Below are positions 34,988 through 48,760 of a DNA stretch of 64,000 bases, in pieces (position 1 is the first letter of the stretch; each line of letters begins with the position of its first letter). Under the pieces are notes generated by a model that had not been told where the DNA came from, did no database searches, and worked only from the letters and a program-made list of their open reading frames with translations. This DNA comes from Malacoraja senta (lineage: Eukaryota). The stretch is taken from positions 1,488,001-1,552,000 of the forward strand of contig CM076001.1 of NCBI GenBank assembly GCA_038087875.1, written 5' to 3'. A program made the position numbers and the translations under genes.

Positions 34988-37120
34988 AGAAAACATAGAA
35001 AACATAGAAAATACGTGCAGGAGGCCATTCGGCCCTTCGAGCCAGCACCGCCATTCATTGTGATCATGGCTGATCATTCCCAATCAATAACCAGTGCCTG
35101 CCTTCTCTCCATATCCCTTGATTCCACTAGCCCCTAGAGCTCTATCTAACTAACTCTTAAATCCATCCAGTAATTTGACCTCCACTGCCCTCTGTGGCAG
35201 GAAATTCCACCATTTCTCAACTCTTTGGCTGAAACACTTTTCTCTCACCACAGTCTTAAATGGCCTCCCCTTTATTCTAAGACTGTGGCCCTTGGTTTTG
35301 GACTCGCCCAACATTGGGAACATGTTTCCTGCATCTAGCTTGTCCAGTCCTTTTATAATTTTATACGTTTCTATAAGATATCCCCTCATCCTTCTTAACT
35401 CCAGTGAATACAAGCCTAGTCTTTTCAATCTTTATTCATATGACAGACCCGCCATCCCAGGAATAAATCTCGTGAACCTACGCTGTAGTGCCTCAATTAC
35501 AAGGATGTCCTTTCTCAAATTAGGAAACCAAATCTGTACGCAATACTCCAGATGTGGTCTCAAAGAGTCCTATACAACTGCAGAAGAACCTCTTTACTCC
35601 TATACTGAAATCCTCTTGTTATGAAGGCCAACATTCCATTAGCTTTCTTCACTGCCTGCTGTACCTGCACGCCAACTTTCAATGACTGGTGGACAAGGAG
35701 ACCCAGGTCTCGCTGTACCTTCCCTTTACCAAACCTAACCCCAATGAGATAATAATCTGCTCCCTTGTTTTTGCCGCCAAAGTGGATAACCTCACATTTT
35801 TTCAATATGTTACTGCATCTGCCGCGGATCTGCCCACTCACTCAACCTATCCAGGTCACCCTGCAACATCCTAACATCCCCTTCTCAGTTCACACTGCCA
35901 CCCAGCTTTGTGTCATCCGCAAACTTGCACGTGTTGCTCCAAATTCCCTCTTCCAAATCACTTATATATATGGTAAACAGTTGCGGCCTTAACATCGAGC
36001 CCTGCGGCACTCCACTCGCCACTGCCTGCCATTCTGAAAAGGACCCGTTCACTCCTACTCTTTGCTTCCTGTCTGCCAACCAATTTTCTATCCACGTCAA
36101 CACCTTAACCCCAAAACCATGTGCTCTAATTTTAGTCACCAGTCTCCCGTGCGGGACCTTGTCAACGGCTTTCTAAAGGTCTAGATACACTCCATCCACA
36201 GCCTTCCCTTCATCCATTTTACTTGTCACATCCTCCAAAAATAGTCAAGCATGATGTCTCTTTGTTAAACCCATGTTGACTTGGACTAATCCTTTTACTG
36301 CTATCCAAATGCCCCATTATTACCTATGTAATACATGACTCCAGCATCTTTCCCACCACCGAATTCAGGCTAACTAGCTCTGTCATTCTCCGTTTTCTCT
36401 CTCGCTCCTTTCTTGAAAAGTGGGATAACATTAGCTATCCTCCAATCCACAGGAACTGAATCTGAATCTATTGAACTTTGGAAAACGATCACCATTGCGT
36501 CCACTATTTCTAGAGCCACCTCACTGAGGACCCTGGGATGCAGACCATCAGGCCCAGGGGATTTATCACCCTTCAGTCCCGTTAGCCTACCCAATATTAT
36601 TTCTCGCCTAATGAAAAGTTATGTCAGTTCCTCTACCCAATTAAACCCTCTGTCCTCCAATACATCTGGTAGATTGTTTGTGTCTTCCGTAGTGAAGACA
36701 GATTCGAAGTACCTGTTCAACTCTTCTGCCATTTCCTTGTTACCCATAATAATTTCACCAGTGTCTCCCTTCAAGGGACCTACATTTGACTTTGCTACCC
36801 TTTACCCTTAACATATCTAAAGAAGCTTTTACTGTCCTTCCTTATATTCCAGGCCAGCTCCCCTCGTACTTCATCTTTTCAGCCTATATTGCCCGTTTTA
36901 TTTCCTTCTGTTGTCCAATGACAGTTTCCCAATCCTCTGGCTTCTTTCTTATAGTTTTATTCTATACCTAACTTCTCCGGTCAGCCACGGTTGCCTCCTA
37001 ATCCCCTGAGAATCTTCCTTCCTTTTTAGAATAAAAATCCAGCGTCGTCCGGATTATGCCCTGAAATTCCTGCCATTGCTGTTCCACCATCATTCCTGCT
37101 AGGATTCCCTTTTCCATGTG
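34988..37120 (-). mobile_element. Decayed CR1 ORF2 and 3' end
   Basis: ORFs 35150..35428, 35560..35841, 35885..36139, 36370..36594 with CR1 RT motifs; (catagaaaa)n tail. Confidence 0.9.
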
Positions 37121-37534
37121 CAGGAACTTCCATGTACTACGCAAGCTCACCTCTTCATCGGCTGCCCCATGTCGTCGTTCATGGCGTGGTGAGAGAGAAG
37201 GTATGATTTGTGTGGACTTTCAACAAGGTGGTGTAGGTGCAGGTTAAAGTGTCCTCCGTCGTTTATGCCCGGTGAGAGCGGATTCCCGGTGTCGCGAATC
37301 GGCATTGCTCAGACCCAGAACACGGGTGGCAGAAGTGTAATTTTCATTTAAAAAGGAAACATAGACGACGTGATAGCGAGGGTAAACCTCCGTGTCAAAG
37401 TACCTGCCTCATCTACCTCCAAAATTGGCATTTTGTTCCCTCTACCCACCACCATCTGTGTAAAAACGTTGACCCAGCCGGTTCCTAATAAATGTTTTTC
37501 CTCTCATATTTAACCTCTGTCGTCTGGTTCTTGA

Positions 37535-38205
37535 TAGAAACATAGAAACATAGAAAATAGGTGCAGGAGTAGGCCATTCGGCCCTTCGAGCCTGCACCGC
37601 CAATCAATATGATCATGGCTGATCATCCAACTCAGTATCCTGTACCTGCCTTCTCTCCATACCCCATGATCCCTTTAGCCACAAGGGCCACACCTAACTC
37701 TCTCTTACATATAGCCAATGAACTGGCCTCAACTACATTCTGTGGCAGAGAGTTCCAGAGATTCACCACTCTCTATGTGAAATATATTTTTCTCATCTCG
37801 GTCCTAAATGATTTCCCCTCTATCCTTAAACTGTGACCCCTTGTCCTGGAGTTCCCCAACATCGGGAACAATCTTCCTGTATCTAGCCTGTCCAACCCCT
37901 TAAGAATTGTGTACGTTTCTATAAGATCCCCCCTCAATCTTCTAAATTCTAGCGAGTACAAGCCAAGTCTATCCAGTCTTTCTCATATGAAAGTCCTGAC
38001 ATCCCAGGAATCAGTCTGGTGAACCTTCTCTGTACTCCCTCTATGGCAAGAATGTATTTCCTCAGATTTGGAGACCAAAACTGTACGCAATACTCCAGGT
38101 GTGGTCTCACCAAGACCCTGTACAACTGCAATAGAACCTCCCTGCTCCTATACTCAAATCCTTTTGCTATGAATGGTAACATACCATTCGCTTTCTTCAT
38201 ATTGA
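37535..38205 (-). mobile_element. CR1 3' end, young subfamily
   Basis: [37 protein letters not shown]; (atagaaac)n tail. Confidence 0.92.
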
Positions 38206-38845
38206 TATTCTTGCTCTAGAGAAAGGGTTCTGCGCATTCGACCCATCTAGTCCCCCGAAGCTATTATACACCCAGAATCGCGTGTCTCAGACTCCTGCGC
38301 TCTCAGGAATCAATACCAGCCTGCCCAACATCTCTATATAGCCTATGAGCTCAGGTCCGGCCAACATCCTCGAAGATAATCTGTGCACTTATCCCTGCTG
38401 AGCGTGGCCAAAACTGAAACAATCGTCCAAATGCGCCCCCACCAAGATCTTGATGAAATGTAAGATGCCATCACAACCTCCACAGTACCCTGAACGTTGA
38501 AGGCCATTACACCACAACTCTTCTTGCCCTTTCCGTATACCGTTCACGCCATGCGCAATGTCCTGCATTTCTTGATCCCTACGTTCTACTACTATTCACA
38601 GGACCCTGACTTTCACTGCGAAATTCCTGCCCTGGGTTGACTCCAAAAATACCTCTTGCACTTATCTGCATCAAACTCCATTAAGTATTGCTCAGCGCCC
38701 TTGCAAAACTGATCAACAGCCTGCTGTACTTTTTCCTAATCAATTTCTCTATGCACGAAAGCACCCACTTTAGTGTTATCTGCAAACCTGCAGATCATAT
38801 CTGACATTCCCATATAAATAATTGATATAATTCACAAAAGCTTTT

Positions 38846-39142
38846 GGGCGGCACAGCTGTAGCGCTGCTGCCTTACCGCGCCAGAGACCCGGTTTCGATC
38901 CAGAGTACGGGTGCTGTCTGCAGCGAGTTTGTACGTTTTCCCAGTGACCTCCGCGGGTGTTCTCCATGATCTTCGTTTTCCTCCCACATTCCAAAGACGT
39001 ACAAGTTTGTAGGCTAATTGGCTTGGCATAATTGTAAATTTCACCTCGTTTGTGTAGGAAAGTGTTAGCGTGCGGGGACCGCTGGTCGCTGCGGACTCGG
39101 TGGGCCGAACGGCCTGTTTCCGCGCAGTATCTCTAAAACTAA
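38846..39142 (+). mobile_element. HE1-like tRNA-derived SINE, near full length
   Basis: tRNA-like head with B-box ggtttcgatcc, central cttcccacattccaaagacgtac block, LINE-like 3' end and ctaaa tail. Confidence 0.8.
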
Positions 39143-39729
39143 ATGCTACTCTGAAGGAAACAAACGGCAGTATCGCCAGGAAGGAACCCTGATCCACAAC
39201 ACTAGATACAGGCACCCATTCAGAACGAGACGCTTCCACCACCACCATGCTCCATCCATGAAGCCAATTGCGGTTTGCAGTCAATTCGTTATCCCTGGGT
39301 CCCTTGCGTTCGAACTTCGCAGAGCAGCTTACCACACTTTCCTTATTACTGTCTCCTGCCTCGCAATTTACGTTTCGCGGTGGCAACGAGGTGGAACTCT
39401 ACTTCTTTGGTAAGCAGTCCTCAAAATGAACACGCAGCAAACAACTCAAATGTATCCAGCGACAACATTTATTTGCTGAAAGAAATGTACCATGCATTCA
39501 ATAAATTCATGTCAATTTTATATATTTTTAAAAGGTGTCCCTCATTGGAATCCATTTCTATAACCCAGCGATCAATTGGGATTTACACAAAAATAAAATG
39601 CAACTATCTCAAATGTTTCATGAGCAAGAACAATGCGTTCAGAAAGTGGAATGTGTAAACAAAAATCGGTGTTGCCACTTGTTCTCAAACAAAACTCCCT
39701 TAAGCATTGCTCAGCGCGAGTATTGTTAG

Positions 39730-40115
39730 CTTCAAGGTCGGCAAAAGTGTGGCAGGGGAAGGAGTCAGTGCGGGGATTGACTGAGAAGGTGATGTCTCGG
39801 AGTTTTTCAGTGTTTTTTCAGAAGCGGGTGATTTAAAAACCGGTCAGAACCAGCCTGCAACACATACCTTCAAGGTCGGCAGAGGAGCCGGCAGATGAAG
39901 GAGTCAGTGCGGGGATTGGCTGAGAAGATAATCTCTCGGAGGTATTTAGTGTTTTTTTCAGGATCGCGTGATTTAAAAACCGGCCAGGGCCAGCCTGCAA
40001 CACATACCTTCAAGGTCGGCAGAGGAGCGGCAGGTTCAAGGAGTCAGTGCAGGGATTGACAGAGTAGGTAATCTCTTGCGGAGTTGTTCAGTGTTTTTTT
40101 CAGGAGCGGGTGCTA
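39730..40115 (+). repeat. Tandem array of ~139-bp monomers (about 2.8 units) upstream of a CR1 5' end
   Basis: Units begin cttcaaggtcggca at 39730, 39868 and 40008. Confidence 0.9.
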
Positions 40116-40119
40116 TAAA

Positions 40120-42680
40120 AAGGATTGGCTGAAAAGGGGAGCGGCCTGTCGGGCAGCGGCCTTGTCGATGGTCGGCCTTGTCGAGGGAAGTGTCTTTGAG
40201 AAAACTGCTGGTCTTTGACTCGAGAGTCTTCGCCGAGCAGGCTGAGGGAGGATACTACTCCAAAAATTGAAGAGGGTGAGAAGCAGTGAAGAAATGCAGG
40301 TAAGCTGATTGAGTTGATGCTGGCGGGATATGAGGAGTCAGGGACATTGCTGGTGCCTCTGGCTGCTACAACAGTGGAAAGTGTGTCCATGTTCAGCTCC
40401 TGAAGGACCGTGTTGGGGGCACTGCAGAGGCAACGGGATGACCTCAGGATCATTCGGGCAAACGGAGAGTTTTCTGCACAGGACCTACAGCGAGATCGTT
40501 ACGCCGAGGATACCAGAAGAGAAAAGGAAGCTTGGAGTACAGGAGACCCTGGGGGATATACCTCTTGAACACAGGTTCACCCTCTTGGAAGCTGTCGGGA
40601 CTGAAGACACTGCCATTCTGAGTGGGGACAGGTCTGCGAGTCAAAACGTGGCGCAGCAGTAAAGCCGAAGAACTAGACGTCAGGCAGAGCCGTGGCAGTC
40701 GGGGTCTCCATCGTGAGAAATACAGACGGGGGTTTCTCCGGCAGCAGGCGAGATTCAAGGATGGTGTGTTGCCGCCCTGGTGCCAGGATCCAGGACGTCA
40801 CGGACTGATTGCAGAGCAACCTCAAGGGTGAAGATGAAAAGCCGGAAGTGGTGGTGCATGTCGGCACCAACCATGTCGGGAAGAAGAAGAAAGATATTCT
40901 GCAGCGTGACTTTACAGAGCACGGAAGAAGGCTGAAAAGCAGTACCTCCAGGGCGGTTATCTCCGGTTTGCTTCCAGTTCCTCGTGCTGGTGTGGGCACG
41001 AACAGGGAGATAGGGGATCTGAATGTGGGGCCGAGGAGCTGGTGCAGGGGCAGGGATTTAGATTTTTAGATCACTGGGATCTGTTTTGGGGTAAGGGTGA
41101 ATTGTACAAAAGGGAGGGGTTGCACCTTAACAGGCGGGGGGACCAGCATTCTGGCAGGCAGGTTTGCCCCTGCTACACGGATGGGTTTAAACAAAATAGT
41201 GAGGGGGAGGAGACAAATTGGGAATACAAGAATGGAGTTAAAGGGAAAGAGACTATAGGAAAAGTTAAGAAACATACCAGAATTGACGTGGTAGAAAGCT
41301 CACGAAGTGACAGGAGAGTATGGCCAACTGAAATAGAAAACGATGTGAAAGGTGAGGTGAGTAATAGATTAAAAGTATTATATATGAATGCACGAAGTAT
41401 AAGAAGTAAAGTGGACGAGTTCGAGGCTCAGTTAGAGATTGGTAGATATGACACCGTGGAGGTCTCAGATATATGGCTGCAGGAGGATCGGGACTGGGAA
41501 CTGACTATTTAGGGTTATACGTCCTATATAAAGGACAGGCAGATGGGGAGAGGAGGTGGGGTAGCTCTGTTGCTGACAGATTAAATTCAGTGCCTTGCGA
41601 GGGGTGACATAGGGACTGACGATGCAGAGTCGCTGTGGATAGAATTGAGGAATTGTGAAGGTAAGAAGACACTAATGGGAATTATAATATAGGCCCCCAA
41701 ACAGTAGGCTGGGTATATGGTGCAAGTTGCAACAGGAGTTAAAATGGGCATGTAACAAAGGTAATGCCACTGTGGTTATGGGAGAATTCAAAATGCAGGT
41801 ACAATGGGAAAATCGGGTTGGTACTGGACCGCAAGAAAGGGGGTTTGCAGAGTGCCTCAGAGATGGATTCATAGAGCAGCTTTTACTGGAGCCTACCAGA
41901 GAGAAGGCAATTCTGGATTTTGTGTTATCTAATGATCCAGATTTAATAAGGGAACTCAAGTTGAAAGAACCGCTGGGAGGTAGTGACCATAATAGGATAA
42001 GTTTTAATCTGTAATTTGAGAGGGAGAAGGTTAAATCAGAAGTGTCAGTGTTGCAGTTAAAAAATTGGGACAATGAAGGCATGATTGGAAGGATCCTAGC
42101 AGGAATAACGGTGGAACAGCAACAGCATGATTTCAATCAATCAATCAATCAACCTTTATTGTCATCTTGCAAGCAACAGTTGTACAGTGCAAAATGAAAA
42201 GACGTTACCCAGGGAATACCGGAGCATCGCACATGAAATTTAAAACATTTCACACATAATAACACTAATTTCTGGGCATAATCCAGAAAATGAAGGATTA
42301 TTTCATTCCAAAGAGGAAGAAAGATTCTAAGGGGAGTAAAGAGGCAACCGTGGCTGACAATGGAAGTTAGGGATGGAATAAAAGTAAAAGAAACGGCGTA
42401 TAACATAGCAAAGAATAGCGTGAAGCCAGAGAATTGGGTATCTTTCAAAGGACAACAAAAGGTAACATGAAGGGCAATACGGGGTGAAAAGATGAAGTAC
42501 GAGGGTAAGCTATCCAATAATAAAAAGAAGGATAGTAAAAGCTTCTTCAAGTATGTTAAGAGACAAAGATTAGTAAATACAAATGGTGGTCAGTTGAAGG
42601 CAGAAACTGGTGAAATTATTATGGGGAACAAAGAAATGGCGCAATAGTTGAACAGGTACTTTGGTTCTGTCTTCACTAAT
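40120..42680 (+). mobile_element. CR1 5' half (UTR, ORF1 esterase, endonuclease), decayed, interrupted near 42125-42270
   Basis: Paralogous to 18440-20900: VVVHVGTNHV, FLDHWDLFWGKGELYKREGLH, LYMNARSIRSK, LGGSDHN. Confidence 0.9.
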
Positions 42681-42689
42681 GAATGAATT

Positions 42690-43130
42690 AATACGTTTAT
42701 TTGCCAAGTATTCACATACAAGGAATTGGCCATGGTGCTCCGCCCGCAAGTGACAACATGACATACAGTGACAGTTAGGAATGACACATAAAACATTAAA
42801 CATGAATAATAAAACATTGTTGATTAAACATATGAATTAAATCAAATACCAGAGCAAAAGGAGGCAACAGACTTTTGGTTATTGAGTAGAAGCTATTTTT
42901 ATGTCTGGTTGTTGCAGCTTTGACAGTCCGGAGTCGCCTTCCAGAGGGAAATGATTCAAAGAGTTTGTGGCCAGGGTGAGAGGGGACAGAGATGCTCTTA
43001 CCCGTTCGCTTCCTGGCCCTTGCAGTGTACAGTTCGATCAATGGAGGGAAGTTTGCAACCAATCTCAGCTGATCGGACGATTCGCTACAGTCTCTGGATA
43101 TCGTGCTTGGTGGCTGGGCCAAACCACATC
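42690..43130 (-). mobile_element. Rex1-like 3' end
   Basis: PSHPGHKLFESFPSGRRLRTVKAATTRHKNSF (ORF 42796..43122). Confidence 0.8.
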
Positions 43131-43134
43131 ATAG

Positions 43135-46100
43135 AAACATAGACATAGAAATTAGGTGCAGGAGTAGGCCATTCGGCCCTTCGAGCCTGCACCGCCATTC
43201 AATATGATCATGGCTGATCATCCAACTCAGTATCCCGTACCTGCCTTCTCTCCATATCCTCTGATCCCTTTAGCCACAAGGGCCACATCTAGCTCCCTCT
43301 TAAATATAGCCAATGAACTGGCCTCGACTTCCCTCTGTGGCAGAGAGTTCCAGAGATTCACCACTCTCTGTGTGAAAAAAGTTCTTCTCATCTCGGTTTT
43401 AAAGGATTTCCCCCTTATCCTTAAGCTGTGACCCCTTGTCCTGGACTTCCCCAACATCGGGAGCAATCTTCCTGCATCTAGCGTGTCCAACACCTGAAGG
43501 ATTTTGTATTTTGAGTCAATACCATGTGCCCTAATTTTGGGCACTAATCTCCTGTGTGGGACCTTATCAAAGGCTTCCTGAAAGACCAGATACACTACAT
43601 CAACTGGCTCTCCTTCATCCATTTTACTTGTCACATCCTCAAAAATTCCAGAAGATTAGTCAAGCAGTATGTCCCATGGTGACTTGGACCAAGGCTTTTA
43701 CTGCTATCCAAATGCGCCGTTATTACTTCTTTAATAATGGACTATAGCATCTTCCACACCACCGGTGTCAGGCAAACTGGTGTATAATTCCCCGTTTTCT
43801 CTCCCGCTCCTATCTTGAATAGTGGGATAACATTAGCAACTCTCCAATCCACAAGAATTGATCCGGAATCCATGGAACATTGGGAAATGATCACCAATGC
43901 GTCCACGATTTCTTGAGCCACTTCCTTGAGTACCCTGGGACGAACACCATCCGGCCCTGGGGATTTATCAGCCTTCATTCCCAACAGTCAACCCAATACT
44001 ATTTCTCCCCTAATGCAAATTTCTCTCTGTTTCCTCTCTCTCCATAGATCATATGTCCGGGGAGAAGGCAAGAGAATGGCGTTAGGAGGGAGAGATAGAT
44101 CAGCCATGATTGAATGGCGGAGTAGACTTGGTGGGCGGAATGGTATAATTCTGCGGAATGGACGAATTCTGCCCCTACTACGTATGACCTTATGACCTTA
44201 AGAACTCATCTGTAACCGCTCCAAAACCTCCACGTACTCCCGAACAGAATTGCCCACGTGTGTGTGTGTGCGTATGTCCAGGTGTGTTTGTGTGGGTGTG
44301 TGCGTGGGTGCGTGTGTGCGTGAGCGCATGTACCAGTGTGCGTGGATGGGCGTGTGCGTGCGTGCGTGTGTGTGTGTGTGCGTCTGTGTGTGTGTGTTCT
44401 TAGAAACATAGACACATAGAAAATAGGTGCAGGAGGAGGCCATTTGGACCTGCGAGCCTGCACCGCCATTCATTGTGATCATGTCTGATCATCCACATTC
44501 AGTACCCCGTTCCTGCCTTCTCCCCATATCCCTTGATTCCTTTAGCCCCTAGAGCTCCATCTAACGCTCTTTTAAATTTATCCAGCGAATTTGCCTCCTC
44601 TTTGGCAGAGAGTTCCACAAATTCACAACCATCTGGGTGACCAAAGATTTTTCTAATCTCAGTTTTAAATGGGCGCCCCTTTATTCTTAGACTGGGCCCC
44701 TGGTTCTGAACTCCCCCAATATTGGAAACAGTTTTCCTGCATTTAGACGCTTCTATAAGATGCCCTCTCATCCTTCCACATTCCAGTGAATACAAGCCCA
44801 GTCTTTCCAATGTTTCATTTTGTGACAGTCCCGCCATCCCGGGAATTAACCTCATGAACCTACGCTGCGCTGCCTCAATAGCAAGGATGTCCTTCCTCAA
44901 ATTATTAGACCAAAACTACAGACAATACCCCAGATGTGACCTCTTTACTCATGTACTAAACTCCACTCGTTAGGAAGGCCAACATGCCATCAGTTTTCTG
45001 CACTGCTTGCTCTGCCTGCGTGATTACTTTCAGTGACTGATGTACAAGGACACCCAGGTCTCGTTGCACTTCCCGTTTTCCTAATCTGACACCATTGAGG
45101 TAATAATCTGCCTCCTTGTTGTTGCCGCCAAAGTAGATAACCTCACATGCATCTACATTATACTGCATCTGCCCACACACTCAACCTGCGCAAGCCACCC
45201 TGCAACCTCCTAGCTTCCTCTTCGCAGTTCACACTGCCACCCAGCTTTGCGTCACCTTCACATTTGCTAGTGTTACTCTTAATTCCATCATCATCCCATA
45301 ATATATATGGTAAATAATTGCGGCCCCAGCACCGAGCCTTGCTGCACTCCACTAGCCACTCCCTGCCATTCTGACAAGGACCCGTTTATTCCTACTCTTT
45401 GTTTCCTGTCTGCCAACCAATTTTATATCCATGTCAATACCATGTGCCCTAATTTTGGGCACTAATCTCCTGTGTGGGACCTTATCAAAGGCTTCCTGAA
45501 AGACCAGATACACTACATCAACTGGCTCTCCTTCATCCATTTTACTTGTCACATCCTCAAAAATTCCAGAACATTAGTCAAGCAGTATGTCCCATGGTGA
45601 CTTGGACCAAGGCTTTTACTGCTATCCAAATGCGCCGTTATTACTTCTTTAATAATGGACTATAGCATCTTCCACACCACCGGTGTCAGGCAAACTGGTG
45701 TATAATTCCCCGTTTTCTCTCCCGCTCCTATCTTGAATAGTGGGATAACATTAGCAACTCTCCAATCCACAAGAATTGATCCGGAATCCATGGAACATGA
45801 TAGAGAAGGTGACGACAGAATCTACGATGGCCGTATAGATTGAACCATCGTTGCCTGTGGCAGTCTGTGGCAGAAGGAAGGCACAAAACAATCAACCAGA
45901 TGACACAAAGCTGGGTGGCAGTGTGAACTGTGAGGATGCTATGAGAATGCAGGGCGACTTGGACAGGTTGGGTGAGTGGGAGGATGCATGGCAGATGCAG
46001 TTTAATGTGGATAAATGTGAGTTTATCCACGTTGGTAGCAAAAACAGGAAGGCTAATTACTATCTAAATGGCGTCAAGTTGGGAAAAGGGAAAATATAAC

Positions 46101-47914
46101 GGGATCTGGGGGGTCCCTTGTTCATCAGTCAATGAAAGTAAGCATGCAGGTACAGCAGGCAGTGAAGAAAGCGAATGGCATGTTGGCCTTTATAATAAGA
46201 GGAGTTGAGTATAGGAGCAAAGAGGTCATTCTGCAGTTGTATAGAGACATAGTGAGACCACACCAGGAGTATTGTGTGCGGTTTTGGTCCCCTAATTTTA
46301 GGAAGGACATTCTTGCTATTGAGGGAGTGCAGGGTACGTTTACAAGGTTAATTCCCGGGATGGCCGGGACTGTCATATGCTGAGAGAATGGAGCGGCTGG
46401 GCTTGTATGCTCTGGAGTTAGAAGGATGAGAGGAGTCTTATTTAAACATACACGATTATTCAGCGATTGGACACGCTAGAGGCAGGAAACATATTCCCGA
46501 TGTTGGAGGAGTCCAGAACCAGGGGCCACAGTTTAAGAATAAGGGTATGCACTTTAGAACGGAGACGAGGAAACAACTTTTCTCACAGAGAGTTGTGACT
46601 CTGTGGAATTCTCTGCCTCAGAGGGCAGTGGAGGCCGGTTCTCTGGATATTTTCATGAGAGAGCTAGATAGGGCTCTTAAAGATAGCGGAGTCAGGGGAT
46701 ATGGGGAGAAGGCAGGAACGGTGTACTGATTGGGGATGATCAGCCATGATCACATTGAATGGCGGTCCTGGTTCGAAGGACCGAATGGCCTACTCCTGCA
46801 CCTATTGTCTATTGTCTACTAGAGGACATATGATCTATGGAGAGAGAGGAAACAGAGAGAAATTTGCATTAGGGGAGAAATAGTATTGGGGTTGACTGTT
46901 GGGAATGAAGGCTGATAAATCCCCAGGGCCGGATGGTGTTCGTCCCAGGGTACTCAAGGAAGTGGCTCAAGAAATCGTGGACGCATTGGTGATCATTTCC
47001 CAATGTTCCATGGATTCCGGATCAATTCTTGTGGATTGGAGAGTTGCTAATGTTATCCCACTATTCAAGATAGGAGCGGGAGAGAAAACGGGGAATTATA
47101 CACCAGTTTGCCTGACACCGGTGGTGTGGAAGATGCTATAGTCCATTATTAAAGAAGTAATAACGGCGCATTTGGATAGCAGTAAAAGCCTTGGTCCAAG
47201 TCACCATGGGACATACTGCTTGACTAATCTTCTGGAATTTTTGAGGATGTGACAAGTAAAATGGATGAAGGAGAGCCAGTTGATGTAGTGTTTCTGGTCT
47301 TTCAGGAAGCCTTTGATAAGGTCCCACACAGGAGATTAGTGCCCAAAATTAGGGCACATGGTATTGACATGGATATAAAATTGGTTGGCAGACAGGAAAC
47401 AAAGAGTAGGAATAAACGGGTCCTTGTCAGAATGGCAGGGAGTGGCTAGTGGAGTGCAGCAAGGCTCGGTGCTGGGGCCGCAATTATTTACCATATATAT
47501 TATGGGATGATGATGGAATTAAGAGTAACACTAGCAAATGTGAAGGTGACGCAAAGCTGGGTGGCTGTGTGAACTGCGATGAGGAAGCTAGGAGGTTGCA
47601 GGGTGGCTTGCGCAGGTTGAGTGTGTGGGCAGATGCAGTATAATGTAGATGCATGTGAGGTTATCTACTTTGGCGGCAACAACAAGGAGGCAGATTATTA
47701 CCTCAATGGTGTCAGATTAGGAAAACGGGAAGTGCAACGAGACCTGGGTGTCCTTGTACATCAGTCACTGAAAGTAATCACGCAGGCAGAGCAAGCAGTG
47801 CAGAAAACTGATGGCATGTTGGCCTTCCTAACGAGTGGAGTTTAGTACATGAGTAAAGAGGTCACATCTGGGGTATTGTCTGTAGTTTTGGTCTAATAAT
47901 TTGAGGAAGGACAT
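43135..47914. mobile_element. Rearranged cluster of CR1 fragments containing direct and inverted duplications
   Basis: 43515-43880 matches 45433-45798; 46824-47914 is an inverted copy of 43515-44058 plus 44887-45433; a separate + strand CR1 lies at about 45890-46820. Confidence 0.85.
44255..44400. repeat. Compound (GT)n/(GCGT)n microsatellite
   Basis: Alternating purine-pyrimidine tract. Confidence 0.9.
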
Positions 47915-48114
47915 NNNNNNNNNNNNNNNNNNNNNNNNNNNNNNNNNNNNNNNNNNNNNNNNNNNNNNNNNNNNNNNNNNNNNNNNNNNNNNNNNNNNNN
48001 NNNNNNNNNNNNNNNNNNNNNNNNNNNNNNNNNNNNNNNNNNNNNNNNNNNNNNNNNNNNNNNNNNNNNNNNNNNNNNNNNNNNNNNNNNNNNNNNNNNN
48101 NNNNNNNNNNNNNN
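47915..48114. other. Assembly gap (200 N)
   Basis: Run of N. Confidence 1.
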
Positions 48115-48760
48115 AAACAGACTTCTGGCCTCCATATGATATGGCGAGAAAGCAGTATTGAAGAAGCAAATTATACGTGGAAGCACCGAAGTTATTGGAA
48201 AGAAAAACAAACACAAAATGCTAGAGTATCAGTCATACAGGCACCATTGATGCAGAACATGGATGGGGGACTTTTCATGTAGCGACATTTCTTCAGACAC
48301 CAGTATACCGTGGAGGCTTTGGAACGGTATAATTGTGTTTTGGATCCTACGTCCATGGCCTTTGGTAACAAAGCAAGGCAGGTATAGTTAACACGTGGCT
48401 TACATGGTAAATACGTTGGCTGCCGTGCACAGAAAGGAAAAGGCAGCACATCGATTCCAACCCCTACCCAAGGGACCATTGCACCAAGCAACTCATTCTG
48501 CATGGTCCCAATTGAAGTAACCACCTATCCCCGCCCATCAAAAGAGAAATAATTCAAAACAAGTAAGTGACTTGAGAGTTGTGTTTCCAATCGTGGAGAG
48601 AATCCTTTGCATCCATTATTCATTTTTTGAGATAAGTGTTATTACGTGAGCCAGAGATAGACACAAAAAGCTGGAGTTACTCAGCGGAACAGGCAGCATC
48701 TCTGGAAAGAAGGAATGGCTGACCTTTCGGGTTGAGACCCTTCTTCTGACATGTAACGAA

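Noticed and set aside
39730-40115. CRISPR-like or RNA-gene array
   Set aside because: Whole units are homologous with no unique spacers, the context is eukaryotic, and no known RNA motif is recognisable.
44198-44482. His/Thr-rich ORFs
   Set aside because: Translation of a (CA)n compound microsatellite.
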